Shown: one piece after another, positions 1 through 10,870 of the stretch
Numbering within the stretch: position 1 is the stretch's first letter
How the letters are laid out: each line of letters opens with the position of its first letter
Source: Schizochytrium sp. TIO01
Lineage: Eukaryota; Protista; Bigyra: Labyrinthulomycetes
Length of the DNA: 64,000 nucleotides
Assembly: GCA_004764695.1 (NCBI GenBank)
Contig: SMSO01000031.1
Location: forward strand, 7,918,761-7,982,760
Reading direction: 5' to 3'
Notes under the pieces: generated by a model
The model's input: the letters and a program-made list of their open reading frames with translations, nothing else
What the model was told of the DNA's origin: nothing
Databases searched by the model: none
Position numbers and translations under genes: made by a program

Positions 1-239
1 TTGCTATTGGCATGACGGACTTGCATGAATGAGCGGCGGTCGGCACTCGCTGCTGCTGGTGGTGGGCGCAAAGAATGAAAGCAGACGACTGACGAGGAGG
101 ATTCGAACGGTATATGTGCATGTAAATAACGACCATGGGGCACAATTGCAACAACTTTCTCTCGATTTGGGGGTTGATTTCACCAAAATATGGATGCTCG
201 CAGGTTTGAGAAGCATATATACACTTAACAGGCAGTAAA

Positions 240-803
240 ATGGCGACCAAGGCTCTTCAGCACGTGGCCAAGGCCTCCGTGAAGCTTGCTGCTTTTGAGC
301 CGTCCAGTGTTCTCGCCAAGGACTTCGTCGCTGTTGCGCAGTCCCCGAAGGTGAAGAAGAACTGCCCGGCCCTCGAGCTCAAGGTTAAGGTCCTCGACCC
401 TGCTAAGCTTACCGCGGATTACATCAGTACGTGAACTCAGCAAAGAGCTTTGGAGATAAATTTTTCCTAAACCCTTTTGCTTGAATTTAAATGCTCATCT
501 TAACCTACCTGGTCCACTAACGACTTGTTGTTTGCTACGTGATTTGTGTTTAACGCAACATATTCGCAATATGATTATTCCTTGGGCATGTACGTGTGCG
601 TGCGTGTTCGTCTTTCGATGATGCGAACCACCATTTGTAATAAAAATTCATCATGAATAGAATCCGACAAGAAGCAGTCCACAGTTCACCTGACATTTGG
701 TGACAAATCAGAAAAGACCTTCGATACCACATGGAGCATGCAGGAACTCCTCAAAGCCTGCGTAGATCACGCCGATGAGCGCGAGATCGCCATCGTGAAA
801 TAA
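240..803 (+). CDS. Small protein resembling mitochondrial ribosomal protein mL53 (2 exons: 240-426, 661-803)
   Basis: ORF 240 is interrupted by a GTACGT donor at 427. The acceptor AATAG ends at 660, and the phase-1 join gives ...DYI-K-SDKKQSTVHLTFGDKSEKTFDTTWSMQELLKACVDHADEREIAIVK* (stop 801-803). Size (~109 aa) and pattern (SxxAKDF..., PKVKKNCPxxxLKV..., VHLTFGDK) recall the Ribosomal_L53 family. The gene structure is well supported; the family call is from memory. Confidence 0.6.
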
Positions 804-1681
804 ACACCTGCCATTGAGTTCATTCTTTCCGCCTTCAACTCTTTCCTCTTCCCAACGTTTCCTATATCTCTAACACCATCCCATTAGCCACTTAAACACA
901 TCCCATTATTCGCTTTCCATAAACAGTCTTCTGTCCACTCTATGCTCAAAATGCTCAAAACGCTTATTAAAATTAACCCCTTGTCACTTGTCGTGTTCTA
1001 TGGATCTTTTGGACCCAGAGGTAGAGCAGCAGCAGTAGCGATAATAACAACAGCAGCTAGAATGTCAAAAGTAACTCCCACAAATCACCCATTCAAATGA
1101 TAAAGCTCATCTTTACTCAAGCTTTCTCAACGTTTCGCAGGAAATCAATACGCGAGCCCACACCTGCATCCCCATTTCAGACTCAACATCAAGACCCCCA
1201 ATCTCCGCGCTCCAAATCCACATCACATTTCATCTCCTTGCCCACTCTTCCATACATCCACTTGCTGCCCTTGAACAACCACCATAAAAAGCAGTACCTA
1301 CGTTGGTCCCACATTAGGCCCCTGTTAATGTTTAGTTGCAGCTGCTTTGGTCCCACTCATTCTTTCTAATTATAGAGAACAAAGGGAGAAAGAACTTCAT
1401 TGCAGTAGCTGGGAATAGAAGGTCCTAGTGTGTTTGTAGGGCAGCGAGAATAAGAGGTCTAAAAAGAGACCTATCAAAGTTGCGGCAGCGAGGCCTTTTA
1501 CTTGCTGTGCGGCGACAGCGTGCATTTCCGATTGCCGTGCTCCGCCGCGCCGCAGAGGCAGCAGCTCCGGGCGCTCAAATATTGCGTGGAAGGCCCGCGT
1601 CATCGTCTGCTGTGCTTTTTCTTCGCGAAAAGGCTCACTCCTGGTTGATTTCGAGCCCGAAGGCTTGAAAATCTATAAGCA

Positions 1682-2853
1682 ATGATGATGCTGCGCAGCG
1701 CCTCCTTTGCCGCCTCGCGCGGAATCCGCTCCCGCGGTGGCTCCCTTGTAGCCTCTGCCGCCAGGCCTATCGCAGCTCACCAGGCTCCCGCTCTTGCTCC
1801 GGTCCAGAGCCGCGGCTTGAAGAGCTCCGTGGTGCTCCGTGAAGGCTTCTTCGAGCGTCTCAGCAACTCGCTGCAGAGCCGCGCCGAGTCCAAGCAAGAG
1901 GCTGGCCGCCAGGAGATGGAGAAGGACCTCATTACTCTTATGAAGGATTCCGACAGCTTCCCGCTCTCTGTTTACAGGGAGGTCATCAAGGTACGTGTTT
2001 GCTTCAGCCGCAACCCATTCAATATTAGATGGATCAATTGATGATCGCAATGCTGATTTTGCGTTTGGTTTGGCATTGGTCATCTCATTCCTCGGGACTT
2101 TTGCCAACCGCATATCGTTACTTCTTTTTGTATCTGGGGTCTGAAATGAAGTTATGAGTTATCGTCTGATGATGCGAGTTTGACCTAGCCTTGTTGAACT
2201 TCGTATCAGTAAGGTTTGGATAATTCAGAACCTGGCAATTTTTGGGATTGAGACAATGTAAAGGGTACTGAGAATTACCATTCAGTTTGAAATCTATAGA
2301 GTGGGTTTTGGCGGGGTGGGAGAACTGATGGCATGACCTTATATGGTTCAATAGGAGACTAACAAAGAGTGACAATGATGAATTATTTTGATGAACATAG
2401 AACTCCGTGAAGAAGAACGAGCAGGGTGTCGCGTACTGGATCAACCGCATCCCCGGTGTGAAGCAGCAGACTGGCCAGGCTCAGACTGATGCCATGTTGA
2501 GCATCTTTGACGTGATGACCTCCAAGGAACTTAGCGGTGAGGCTGAGCTCGGCCCTGCAGAGGTGGAGCGCGTTGCCACCTCCGCTGGCGTGGAGCTCCA
2601 GGCTGTCCAGGAGCTTGTCAACACACACCGCGCCATGAGTGAGGTGCACCGCTACATTAAGCACCGCCAGAACACCAACCAGTATATCCCGGAAGACTTC
2701 CAGAGCATTATCAAGTACATGCGTGTGGACCGCGAGGCTGGTGCGCCCCAGCGTCCTCCCTTGTGGCGTGTGGCCATGCTCAAAAAGCAGTTTGATGAGC
2801 GCAACTCCTTCCGTGACCAGTACGGCCGCAAACGTCGCCAGAAGAAGTTTTAA
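1682..2853 (+). CDS. Mitochondrion-targeted protein with a stand-alone Ffh/SRP54 M (signal-peptide-binding) domain, MAP67-like (exons 1682-1990, 2401-2853)
   Basis: A phase-0 intron 1991-2400 (GTACGT...CATAG) joins ORFs 1682 and 2407 in frame. The N-terminus is an Arg/Ser/Ala-rich, acid-free presequence. FPLSVYREVIK...WINRIPGV...LSIFDVMTSKEL...VERVATSAGVELQAVQELVNTHRAM parallels the Ffh M-domain pattern FDLNDFLEQL...LMGKLPGM...AIINSMTxKER...RKRRIAxGxGxxVQDVNRLLKQFDDM. Confidence 0.75.
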
Positions 2854-3268
2854 ATCGTAAAAAAGCGCCACACACACCCTATTTTGTCCTGACTATGCGA
2901 GAGCAAGCCCAAACAAACCTTCCCTCAAAACAAAACAAAAACAAAAACAAAAACAACTGAGACTTCCCTCTACCACTCTTGCTGTACTTTCATTTCCAAT
3001 GGTGTACTGCCCTAGGGCTCTTTCTTTGACCTGATGAAGATCATGGCTTTCATCTTATTTTCTATATTCTCTTCCTCTCCTAAGTCAAGGAAAACAAGTC
3101 GTATGCCTTGTAAATCATAACTTAAGCAATCACAGCAGCAGGACAACTTCTAGAATGAGGAGTCAAGCAATAGAATTGGAGAAAATTGAGAAAATCAAGC
3201 AAATATTATTAGGTGGACCCCATGGTCCTTTGCATGCTTGTGAGATCTTGCACAGGCGCGCTACTTAC

Positions 3269-3811
3269 TTACTCCTTTTGGATTGCAAGGGTCCACTCGT
3301 AGATATTGTAGCTTGGGATAAGGCCATTCTTGTAGTACGGGTCGTTCTTGACAAACTCCTCGATGTGTTCCTTATCGTCACACTCAAAGTGGAAGACGGC
3401 GCCCTTACCCTCGTTGTATGCGCCACCGGCCTTGATGAATCCAGCCTCAAGCTGCTTTTGAGCATTGCCGAGGTGCTCAGGACGATACGGACCACGCTTC
3501 TCCAGAATTCCCTCGACGTAGTCGTCTACGCTCCTTACAAGGTGATTTTGGTTTACACGCATAGATTTGTAGATACATTGCCGTGACCACATCATTGTAA
3601 CCATTCTGACACAGTCAGTTTTCTGAGAAACTTATAAAGATACAATCTACCCATATCAATGAATGTCAACTTGCATTGAGAATATTTATAAGAACGTACA
3701 CATGAGCAAGTAGTGCTTTTCACGCACGACCTGAAGAGTAGGTGCAGCACGTCCTCCCAGGACGCGCTTGGATGCGGCAAGACCCGCGATTCTGGCGCCA
3801 GGCAAAGCCAT
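3269..3811 (-). CDS. YciI (YCII-related) domain protein, copy 1, putative mitochondrial (exons 3811-3700, 3525-3269)
   Basis: The spliced product MALPGARIAGLAASKRVLGGRAAPTLQVVREKHYLLM-YDYVEGILEKRGPYRPEHL...AGGAY...FVKNDPYYKNGL...EW carries the YciI R-x3-R-x2-HL, GA and DPY motifs. Phase-1 intron 3699-3526 (GTACGT...CGTAG). Confidence 0.9.
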
Positions 3812-4691
3812 GATGAAGAGTCCTGTAAGTATACCTCTTGGCAGGCGCTAACGACCAAGTCAAACCGAGCTAAAGCGGTGCCCACGGAAGTTATTCCTAT
3901 CTGTCCTTGCAGCACACTCGGCGCTCAAGGAAAATATGTGTTTATTGCTGATAATATGATCTTTTCTCGGCCAGACCTATCTTTTGATTTGGCGCTGTGA
4001 CTTTTATTTTTAGTAACCAAAAGGGTATCAAAACTAACGTGCAAGCTGGGACCGTTCGTCGCACGTTACGAAGTAGCGGCAAGCAACGAAATGTAAGCTC
4101 TGCAGCATGGCTTCGCATTGTATGGTGGGATAGGAGGAAAACAGTGATGACCTGTCTTGGCGCGTGACGAGAAGGATCTGCTGAATGCTAATACACGCTT
4201 CAGATGCCATTCCGTATCGCTAAATTTTTTGCCTTTTGTTCTTTTTTTCTTTTTTAGGTCACGGTGATTGTATATAGAATCAAGAGTGTCTTGGTTCTTC
4301 ATTCTTGTTTAGCCCCCACCTTTGGTGTGGAAGTTCACTCGCATTATGCTGACGCGTTTATTTCTGGAGATTGAAAGCTATCGACCTGCCTTAGCAATCT
4401 ACAGATGCTAACTAGCATCGTTGCCAGCGAAATACCTATGTATGAATCTGGCGAGAAGCAACGAATTGCCGGTGTTAGGAGGCTTTATTGTTGCTGACAT
4501 ACAAGTTTGTGGCTCAACATTTTCTTCTCACAAGTCGAAACGCACGCATGCCTTCATCGTTGATTTGACTTGTAAACAATGGAAAATTAGTGGCAGTATA
4601 TAATTTAACTTTTTAGAAGTAATGAAGATCCGCAGGTAGGCGAATCAGGGAAGATGTGCCGCGCCAGGAAGGGATATTAATGGGGATCCCT

Positions 4692-5167
4692 TTAGGGCGC
4701 ACTTTGTACAACAACTGTCCATTCGTGAATTTTATAACTAGGTACGAGGCCGTTCTTAAAGTACGGATCATTCTTAACAAATTCCTCGACGGTCTGCTGG
4801 TCATCACATTCAAAGTGGACGGCAGCGCCAACGCCACCATCGTAGGCTCCTCCTGCCCGCAGGTGCCCAGCCTCGGCGTATTTGGTCGCATGCGCCAAGT
4901 GGTCTGCGCGGAATGGAGCGCGCTTTTCAATGATATTCTCCACATAATCATCTAAACATTTTAGTAAAGTCACAAGTATTGTACCACCAAGGTTAGTTTT
5001 CACTGTATCCTATTCCACGGCTCCAGGGTAAACTACGCAAACGTACACATGAGGAGATAATGCTTGTGGCGCACTGCCTGCAGCGAAGGCCCTCCGGTCG
5101 ATGCCAGCGCGGCTGCGCCGTGCTTGGAGGCCGCAAGCCCAGCCGTGCGGGTACCTATGGAGGACAT
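4692..5167 (-). CDS. YciI domain protein, copy 2, putative mitochondrial (exons 5167-5047, 4951-4692)
   Basis: Spliced product MSSIGTRTAGLAASKHG...VRHKHYLLM-YDYVENIIEKRAPFRADHL...AGGAY...FVKNDPYFKNGL. The phase-1 intron 5046-4952 (GTACGT...TTTAG) is at the same codon as in copy 1. Confidence 0.9.
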
Positions 5168-6650
5168 GATCTCCAAACTTGAGCCAAGAACCTCTGTTTC
5201 CTACCAAGTCTTCCGCAACACTCAAGCGACCCAGCACAGAATTACACTCTACCGCCTTCTAGTCGGGCCTTGCGAACTCAGCGGCAGCCCGTCGTGAGTT
5301 CAACGCAGTTTCGAGTTTGCTGGGAGTTCGTCTTGGCAGATCCTTCGGCGCATTAAAAGGAATCATGCGAAGGTAGCACGTACGAAAAAAGGCCAGGAAG
5401 CAGCACCACCGCGAGGGCTATAGATTCGGGTAGTAGGGTCCTATGCAATGCGCGCGGTCTGGTGCGCGAGCACAGCGCGAGCGCTGTCCCTTCAGAAGAA
5501 CTGTTCGAAGAATGGGTAAATGCGAGTTTGGCACAACTTCGAGAACCAAGTTCGAGAGGTTTGCCTGTGCTGAATTGAGAATCGCGAAGACACGCATGGC
5601 ACGGAGAAGCATTCTTGAAACGGTTCCTGTGCAGAAGGAGCTTTGGTGATGGGTAGCGAGCGATTACAGCACGGAGGCGCGGGCTTCGATACCAGAGTGA
5701 TGGGAACATTCGTAGAAGGAGGCGAGTTTGCAGAAGGCCTTTGCGAGGGGTGTGGATATGGGGAGTGGAATGCGAATGGGGAACGATATGGAAAGGAAGC
5801 AAGCGCCTTGAAGACGTGGCGTGGAGCAGGAGTGCGGAGAAGAAGTTGAGGCAAAACTGCAACTGCGATCTGGGAAGAGGAAAGCGAAGAGGAATTCCAG
5901 AGAACCGAAGAACTGAAGAACTGATGTCGCTATCAGCCCCTCTCCTCGAACAGACCAAGGTGCAGCCTAAGACGGGCGATGACAAAGACTCGGCCAAGCC
6001 TCAGAAATGTTGTGGAGAACCGGAGGCTCCGGAGAACGAAGTGGCTTCGGTCACTAGCTCAAGAGAGAAGACTCCCAAGCGAAGCCTGCGGCAAGATTTT
6101 GGCCAGGTCATGAAGGCGATGGGTTCGCGAAGAATCTGAGCGGCGGTTTGCCACTGCAGCCTGGATAAACTATCCCCTGTCTTTGTCTTTTGCATACTAT
6201 TCTGCAACCTTGGCAAAGCCAGGCTCAAGTTAGGTCCTTCAGAGAATAACTCCTTTTTCATAAATCGTATATTACCCATTAGGTATCGCTCATTCGTACT
6301 TGCCCTGTGGACATTTATTAGCTGATTGTCTTGCTCTTGCTCTTGCGCTCGCATTGCACAACAAGTGCTAGTGAAGGTGCAATGCAACAAGCAGTTTAAG
6401 ACATGCGGATGCGATTGCACCCAGGCCTATAATCCCACGCCCCTCAATTTTGTGGAGGTAGGTACCTACGTACTGGTCTCCTTCCAAATAGAAACCCTCG
6501 TGTCCCTTCAAGGGAAGCTACCGTGGCCAAGATCATCATGACGTCTTACAATGCTGAGTTTTCGCATGACAAATATCCCTGAGGAGCAATTGCTTACAGA
6601 GCATACCCGATACTTGAGGAGAATGCCATCCGTGCCATACATCGTTTCGA

Positions 6651-6903
6651 TGCCAGATCAGCCTGCACATGATCTCCTCTGAGAATGAAAAACCCAGCTT
6701 CGATAAGGAGAGTCCTTGCACAGATGCTGGTCTTGGTGAAGGTTGTAATGCTTGCATGTCACATGTCTTTGGCGGGTGCTGGGGAAGCTAGGTCTATATT
6801 TACAGACCATGCTATCGAATCGATGAGGAGATCTTCGGCGGCAAAATTCTTTTAAATGCCAGATCAGACATCACATGATTTCCTCTGCGAATAAAGAGCT
6901 CAG
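6651..6903. repeat. Degenerate 47-bp direct repeat pair (6651-6697, 6857-6903)
   Basis: tgccagatcag...cacatgat.tcctctg.gaat.aa.a.c.cag occurs twice; 38 of 47 positions are identical by hand alignment. Confidence 0.7.
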
Positions 6904-7702
6904 GTATGATTGATACGATATATCGTGGGGTTCACCAAGACCGCACTGCCGCATACAAGCCTTGGAGATCCCTTTCACTCATATCCTTTGTAACATCTAT
7001 CCCCTATTTCTCTAGCACCGTGTGTTTTTTCTGTTTTGGTCGTTTTACTTTTTGCTTTCATTAATTTTTTAATTTCTTCGAGAGGGGGGAAAAGGCATCT
7101 TTTGTAGATCGTTCTTGAGCGATAGTATTGCTATGTTTCTAGTTTCCACTCACATTCAGCCTACCAAAACGAATGTAAATGAGGCGTTATTGTAAATATA
7201 TATATATATGTGAATACAATTGCATGACACTGTTCAATCAATAACTTTCTTTTCCAAAGCTCTTTTCTTGTGCATCAATGCTTTCTTGACTCCTTTCAAT
7301 AAGCATGAGTCAGGTATCTTAGTACTTCATGTGCATTGTCAAAGATGCTCACCGTACATTTTGGTCCGAATGCGCCTTAATTCCTACATTCGCAGCTATT
7401 GTTAGAATTGCCTTATTAGCTAGCGGTCAGATCTTCAGTTTGTGGACCAAGCAAGGCTCACACGGAGGATGCAACAATCTCGTCACTGTCAGAAAGCAAG
7501 CGTTCTGAGCTAGTGTAATTGACCACGATTTTCACCATACATTTTCTGCCATTGTTGAAGCACGTATGGAATGAATATGATGATATGATGTAAATAACAA
7601 CTATAAGAGAATCTTGGATCAAAAAGATCAAACAAAGAGGCGAAATCAAATTGATCGTAGAATCAAAGCATCAACCGCCTCGGCGGACCCGACGGCGAAG
7701 CC

Positions 7703-10627
7703 ATGCCATCCGGCGACGCGAGCGGCGGCGGGAGCGGCGGCGGTGGGCGCCAGCGCGGCCCACTGTCTGGTGGTCGCAAGTCCAAGGAGAAGCCCTTCCT
7801 GAGCAAGAAAGCTGCTTCCCTCGTGGCGCCTTCACAGCTAACACCATCTTGGAGCCCAGATCTCATGGCGACCCACGGTGCAAACATTACCTCTTCGCAG
7901 CAAACACAGAACATTTCTAGCACCTTTTATATCCCGCAGCCTCCGTCGCCGTCCGCTGCCACGCTCGCCAGAGCTACGTCTGTAGGTCATGAGTCCATAG
8001 CGTCGAGCGCCGCGGCACCAACATCGATGGCCTCCGCAACTTCGAGCATCAACCTTGCTATAGGTCAGGCAGCTGGCTCAGGAAATGCTGCCAGCTCTGG
8101 AACTGCTGCAAGCTCTGGCTCAGCGCAACCTGCATCTGTACGGCAAACGATTTCAGGCTTGCAAAAGAAGGTCTCGAGTGGAGGCATTCGAGGAGTTGTG
8201 CTGGAAAGTGTCAACTATCTGGCCTCCGGTCCTCGATGCGTGGCGAGTTGTAGCGCCGATCTTGGAGCCCTCTCAGATCTCCGCGCGCCTCAAAGTATCA
8301 TCCGCAAGGTTGCTAAAGGGTTCACATACAGGGTCTACATCGATTACGTTTTGGGAGCGACGGATATCCAACATGCTACGGTACCTAAGTTCAGGATTCA
8401 CCACATCACGAATGCGAAAGAGCTTCACTGCCAAAGACTTTTGGGGTCACTGCAGAACTTGCTACAAAAATATTCTGCTAGGAGAGTCCCAAATCACACA
8501 GAAGCGGTATTGAGGAACATTGTTTCGCATATTACACACGATGTCAGGGAATATATCATGCGTATGGAGAATGGAGAATCACTGACAGAGGAGGCAGATA
8601 TACCGGCAACGCCACCAATCCATGCGTCGGCGTTTAGGTCAGGACATAATAATATTAGTAGCACGATGTTTCAAATGGAGATGCAGCAGGATACACAGAA
8701 TCGAAACCGAGCAAGACCCCTTGCAGGGATGACTGCGAGGCGAACCACGTCTACGGGGTCCACAGCATCCAATCCATATGACCCGCTTGCGAGGAAACCG
8801 AGCGCCATTGAAAATGTACGCACACCGAGCGAAAGTGGCCTGAGCCACCGCAGCTCCTCGACAGACTCGTCTGGTATGGACACCGCGTTTCAACAACCGT
8901 GTCCTCGCTTTGCAGGTGCCACCTTCAGTGGACCTGGACTACTTGTGGCATACAGCAGTGGTATTACTGAACGTCTGCAGCAGATCGCCAACAGCCCGCG
9001 CTCATCGCGAAGGCATCATATATCACGATTCATCTCACGTGATCAGCAATTAATCGATGATGAATCCCCCGATACTGCGGGGGGGCTCCCGCGTACCTAT
9101 CGAGAACTGACAGAGATGCTTCAAAGCGAGAGTAGCTTCGGTGCATCGCGCCATAGTGGGCTAGATAAGCGTCTTATTCAAAATGGAGTCTCAATCACTT
9201 CGGCTCCATCTATGGAGGATGCCCTAATTGGACCGCGAACAAACGGTAAGCTTGGCATAGCCGAGGACATCACAAGCGAGGACCTGTTTGACTTAAGCGT
9301 TCGTCGTGCATCTCAGCAGAATCTTATACAGCAGCAGCAACAGCAACTATTGCAGCAACAACAGTCTTCGCAGTCTCTTCAAGCCCAGACAAGCCAAGGC
9401 CAAGACAGCACCGTAGAAGGCGCGTCATCGCTCTCACCAAGGAATCCGGCTGGTTCGCAGCAGTCCACCCCAGTTCTCGACACATCCTCAAACCTTGACG
9501 ATGGCACGTTCTTGACCAAAGATAGCTCCTCTGTTCTGCAGCGACGTGTGGTTATTCTGGACGCCAGTCTGCTGAGCCCAATCCAGCGTTTCCTCGGCCG
9601 TGCTCTTCGCATAGGTGCTCTTAACTCGCTACCAAATAAAGACCTTGCCACGCAACTAATGCTTAAGGATGCACACTCTGGAATGACCCCGAATGCGAAA
9701 CGACTTCAGAATGGCATTGAAGGAGGGGAGGATACAATTCAACGAGATAAAAATGATGTTCTTGGTAGTGGCGTACATGATGACTTCGATGAAGACGGAA
9801 ACAACGAGGTTACCGAAGAAGACGAGGATGAAAGCGAGGATGATGAGGACGAGTCTTTTGAAGCTTTATTATGCTGGTGGGACGACTTTAGCGACGAGCC
9901 CACTTCACAGTGGGATGGCCTTCCTCTTCACACAGCAAATATGCAGGCCAGTCACACTGTCGGACGCTTTGATCTCGTACAAACGTGGCTTATGATGAGG
10001 TGCATCTGTAGCCCCGATATTGCCGAGTATGAGAACAATTTTACTCGTGTCCTTGGATCTAGCTCACGCAGTGCAGAACTTGGGGAACGATGGGCAATGC
10101 ACCCTTGTGGGCGAAGGCTCATTAGCCGGATTATTGACGAGCTAGCTCGAACTAAGGATGTACAAACACTCGCAACACTGTCTTGTGTTCTGGAGGAGGA
10201 GTCATCACACGATAAGTGGAGTCACACCTTACCATTAATGGACCCATCACACAAGGCGCAGTATGACCGTTTCCGCCGTGCGTATGCAAGCATTCTTCAC
10301 CGCTGGGGTCTTAATACCAAACGCGCCGAAGTTATGAAATACGTTGACCCTGATCCTTCTCTTGTGGAAGATGAAATGGTGAAAATTGCTTCTGCATGTG
10401 GGATTTGTTCATCTCAGAGCCCAAGTATGCAGTGCGATAAGCCTTCCTGTCGTGCGAAAGGGTCGGGCCTCCAGTGTACCATTTGTAATCGTATGGTCCT
10501 CGGTTTATGCACCTTTTGTCCCTTGTGTGGCCATGGAGGCCATGCGCAGCACATGAGCGACTGGTTTGCCGAATCTGACGAATGCCCTTCTGGGTGCGGC
10601 TGTCGCTGTGGAGAACTGATCAAATAA
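7703..10627 (+). CDS. WDR59: GATOR2/SEACAT subunit WDR59 (Sea3)-like protein lacking the N-terminal WD40 region
   Basis: 974-aa ORF. It contains PCPRFAGATFSGPGLLV (WDR59 PxPRxxGAxFxxxGxLV), WAMHPCGRRLI, DVQTLATLSCV, YASILHRWGL and the C-terminal zinc/RING region CTICNRMVLGLCTFCPLCGHGGHAQHMSDWF...CPSGCGCRC. Confidence 0.85.
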   Translation: MPSGDASGGGSGGGGRQRGPLSGGRKSKEKPFLSKKAASLVAPSQLTPSWSPDLMATHGANITSSQQTQNISSTFYIPQPPSPSAATLARATSVGHESIASSAAAPTSMASATSSINLAIGQAAGSGNAASSGTAASSGSAQPASVRQTISGLQKKVSSGGIRGVVLESVNYLASGPRCVASCSADLGALSDLRAPQSIIRKVAKGFTYRVYIDYVLGATDIQHATVPKFRIHHITNAKELHCQRLLGSLQNLLQKYSARRVPNHTEAVLRNIVSHITHDVREYIMRMENGESLTEEADIPATPPIHASAFRSGHNNISSTMFQMEMQQDTQNRNRARPLAGMTARRTTSTGSTASNPYDPLARKPSAIENVRTPSESGLSHRSSSTDSSGMDTAFQQPCPRFAGATFSGPGLLVAYSSGITERLQQIANSPRSSRRHHISRFISRDQQLIDDESPDTAGGLPRTYRELTEMLQSESSFGASRHSGLDKRLIQNGVSITSAPSMEDALIGPRTNGKLGIAEDITSEDLFDLSVRRASQQNLIQQQQQQLLQQQQSSQSLQAQTSQGQDSTVEGASSLSPRNPAGSQQSTPVLDTSSNLDDGTFLTKDSSSVLQRRVVILDASLLSPIQRFLGRALRIGALNSLPNKDLATQLMLKDAHSGMTPNAKRLQNGIEGGEDTIQRDKNDVLGSGVHDDFDEDGNNEVTEEDEDESEDDEDESFEALLCWWDDFSDEPTSQWDGLPLHTANMQASHTVGRFDLVQTWLMMRCICSPDIAEYENNFTRVLGSSSRSAELGERWAMHPCGRRLISRIIDELARTKDVQTLATLSCVLEEESSHDKWSHTLPLMDPSHKAQYDRFRRAYASILHRWGLNTKRAEVMKYVDPDPSLVEDEMVKIASACGICSSQSPSMQCDKPSCRAKGSGLQCTICNRMVLGLCTFCPLCGHGGHAQHMSDWFAESDECPSGCGCRCGELIK

Positions 10628-10870
10628 AGATGAATCACACGCCTATGTATCTCTTTTTCTCCCTGCAGGCATGTATGCGAGCAAGTGAGCTTGCTGATAT
10701 GGCCTATGTCGTCAAATCCGAGCAGTTTCTCTATATTAGTTAGGAGGAGAAAGCAGCTAGCCATCTTTGTAATGTCAGTAAATTAAAAATGGAGGGAAAA
10801 GTATATATATATGTTACCTACTGATTCTAGTTTCATTCTCTACATTTATTACCTCCAGGGTGATGTTTCT

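Noticed and set aside
30-60. GTTCGAATCC T-loop-like motif on the minus strand suggesting a tRNA
   Set aside because: The flanks do not form a T-stem or acceptor stem, and no cloverleaf can be built.
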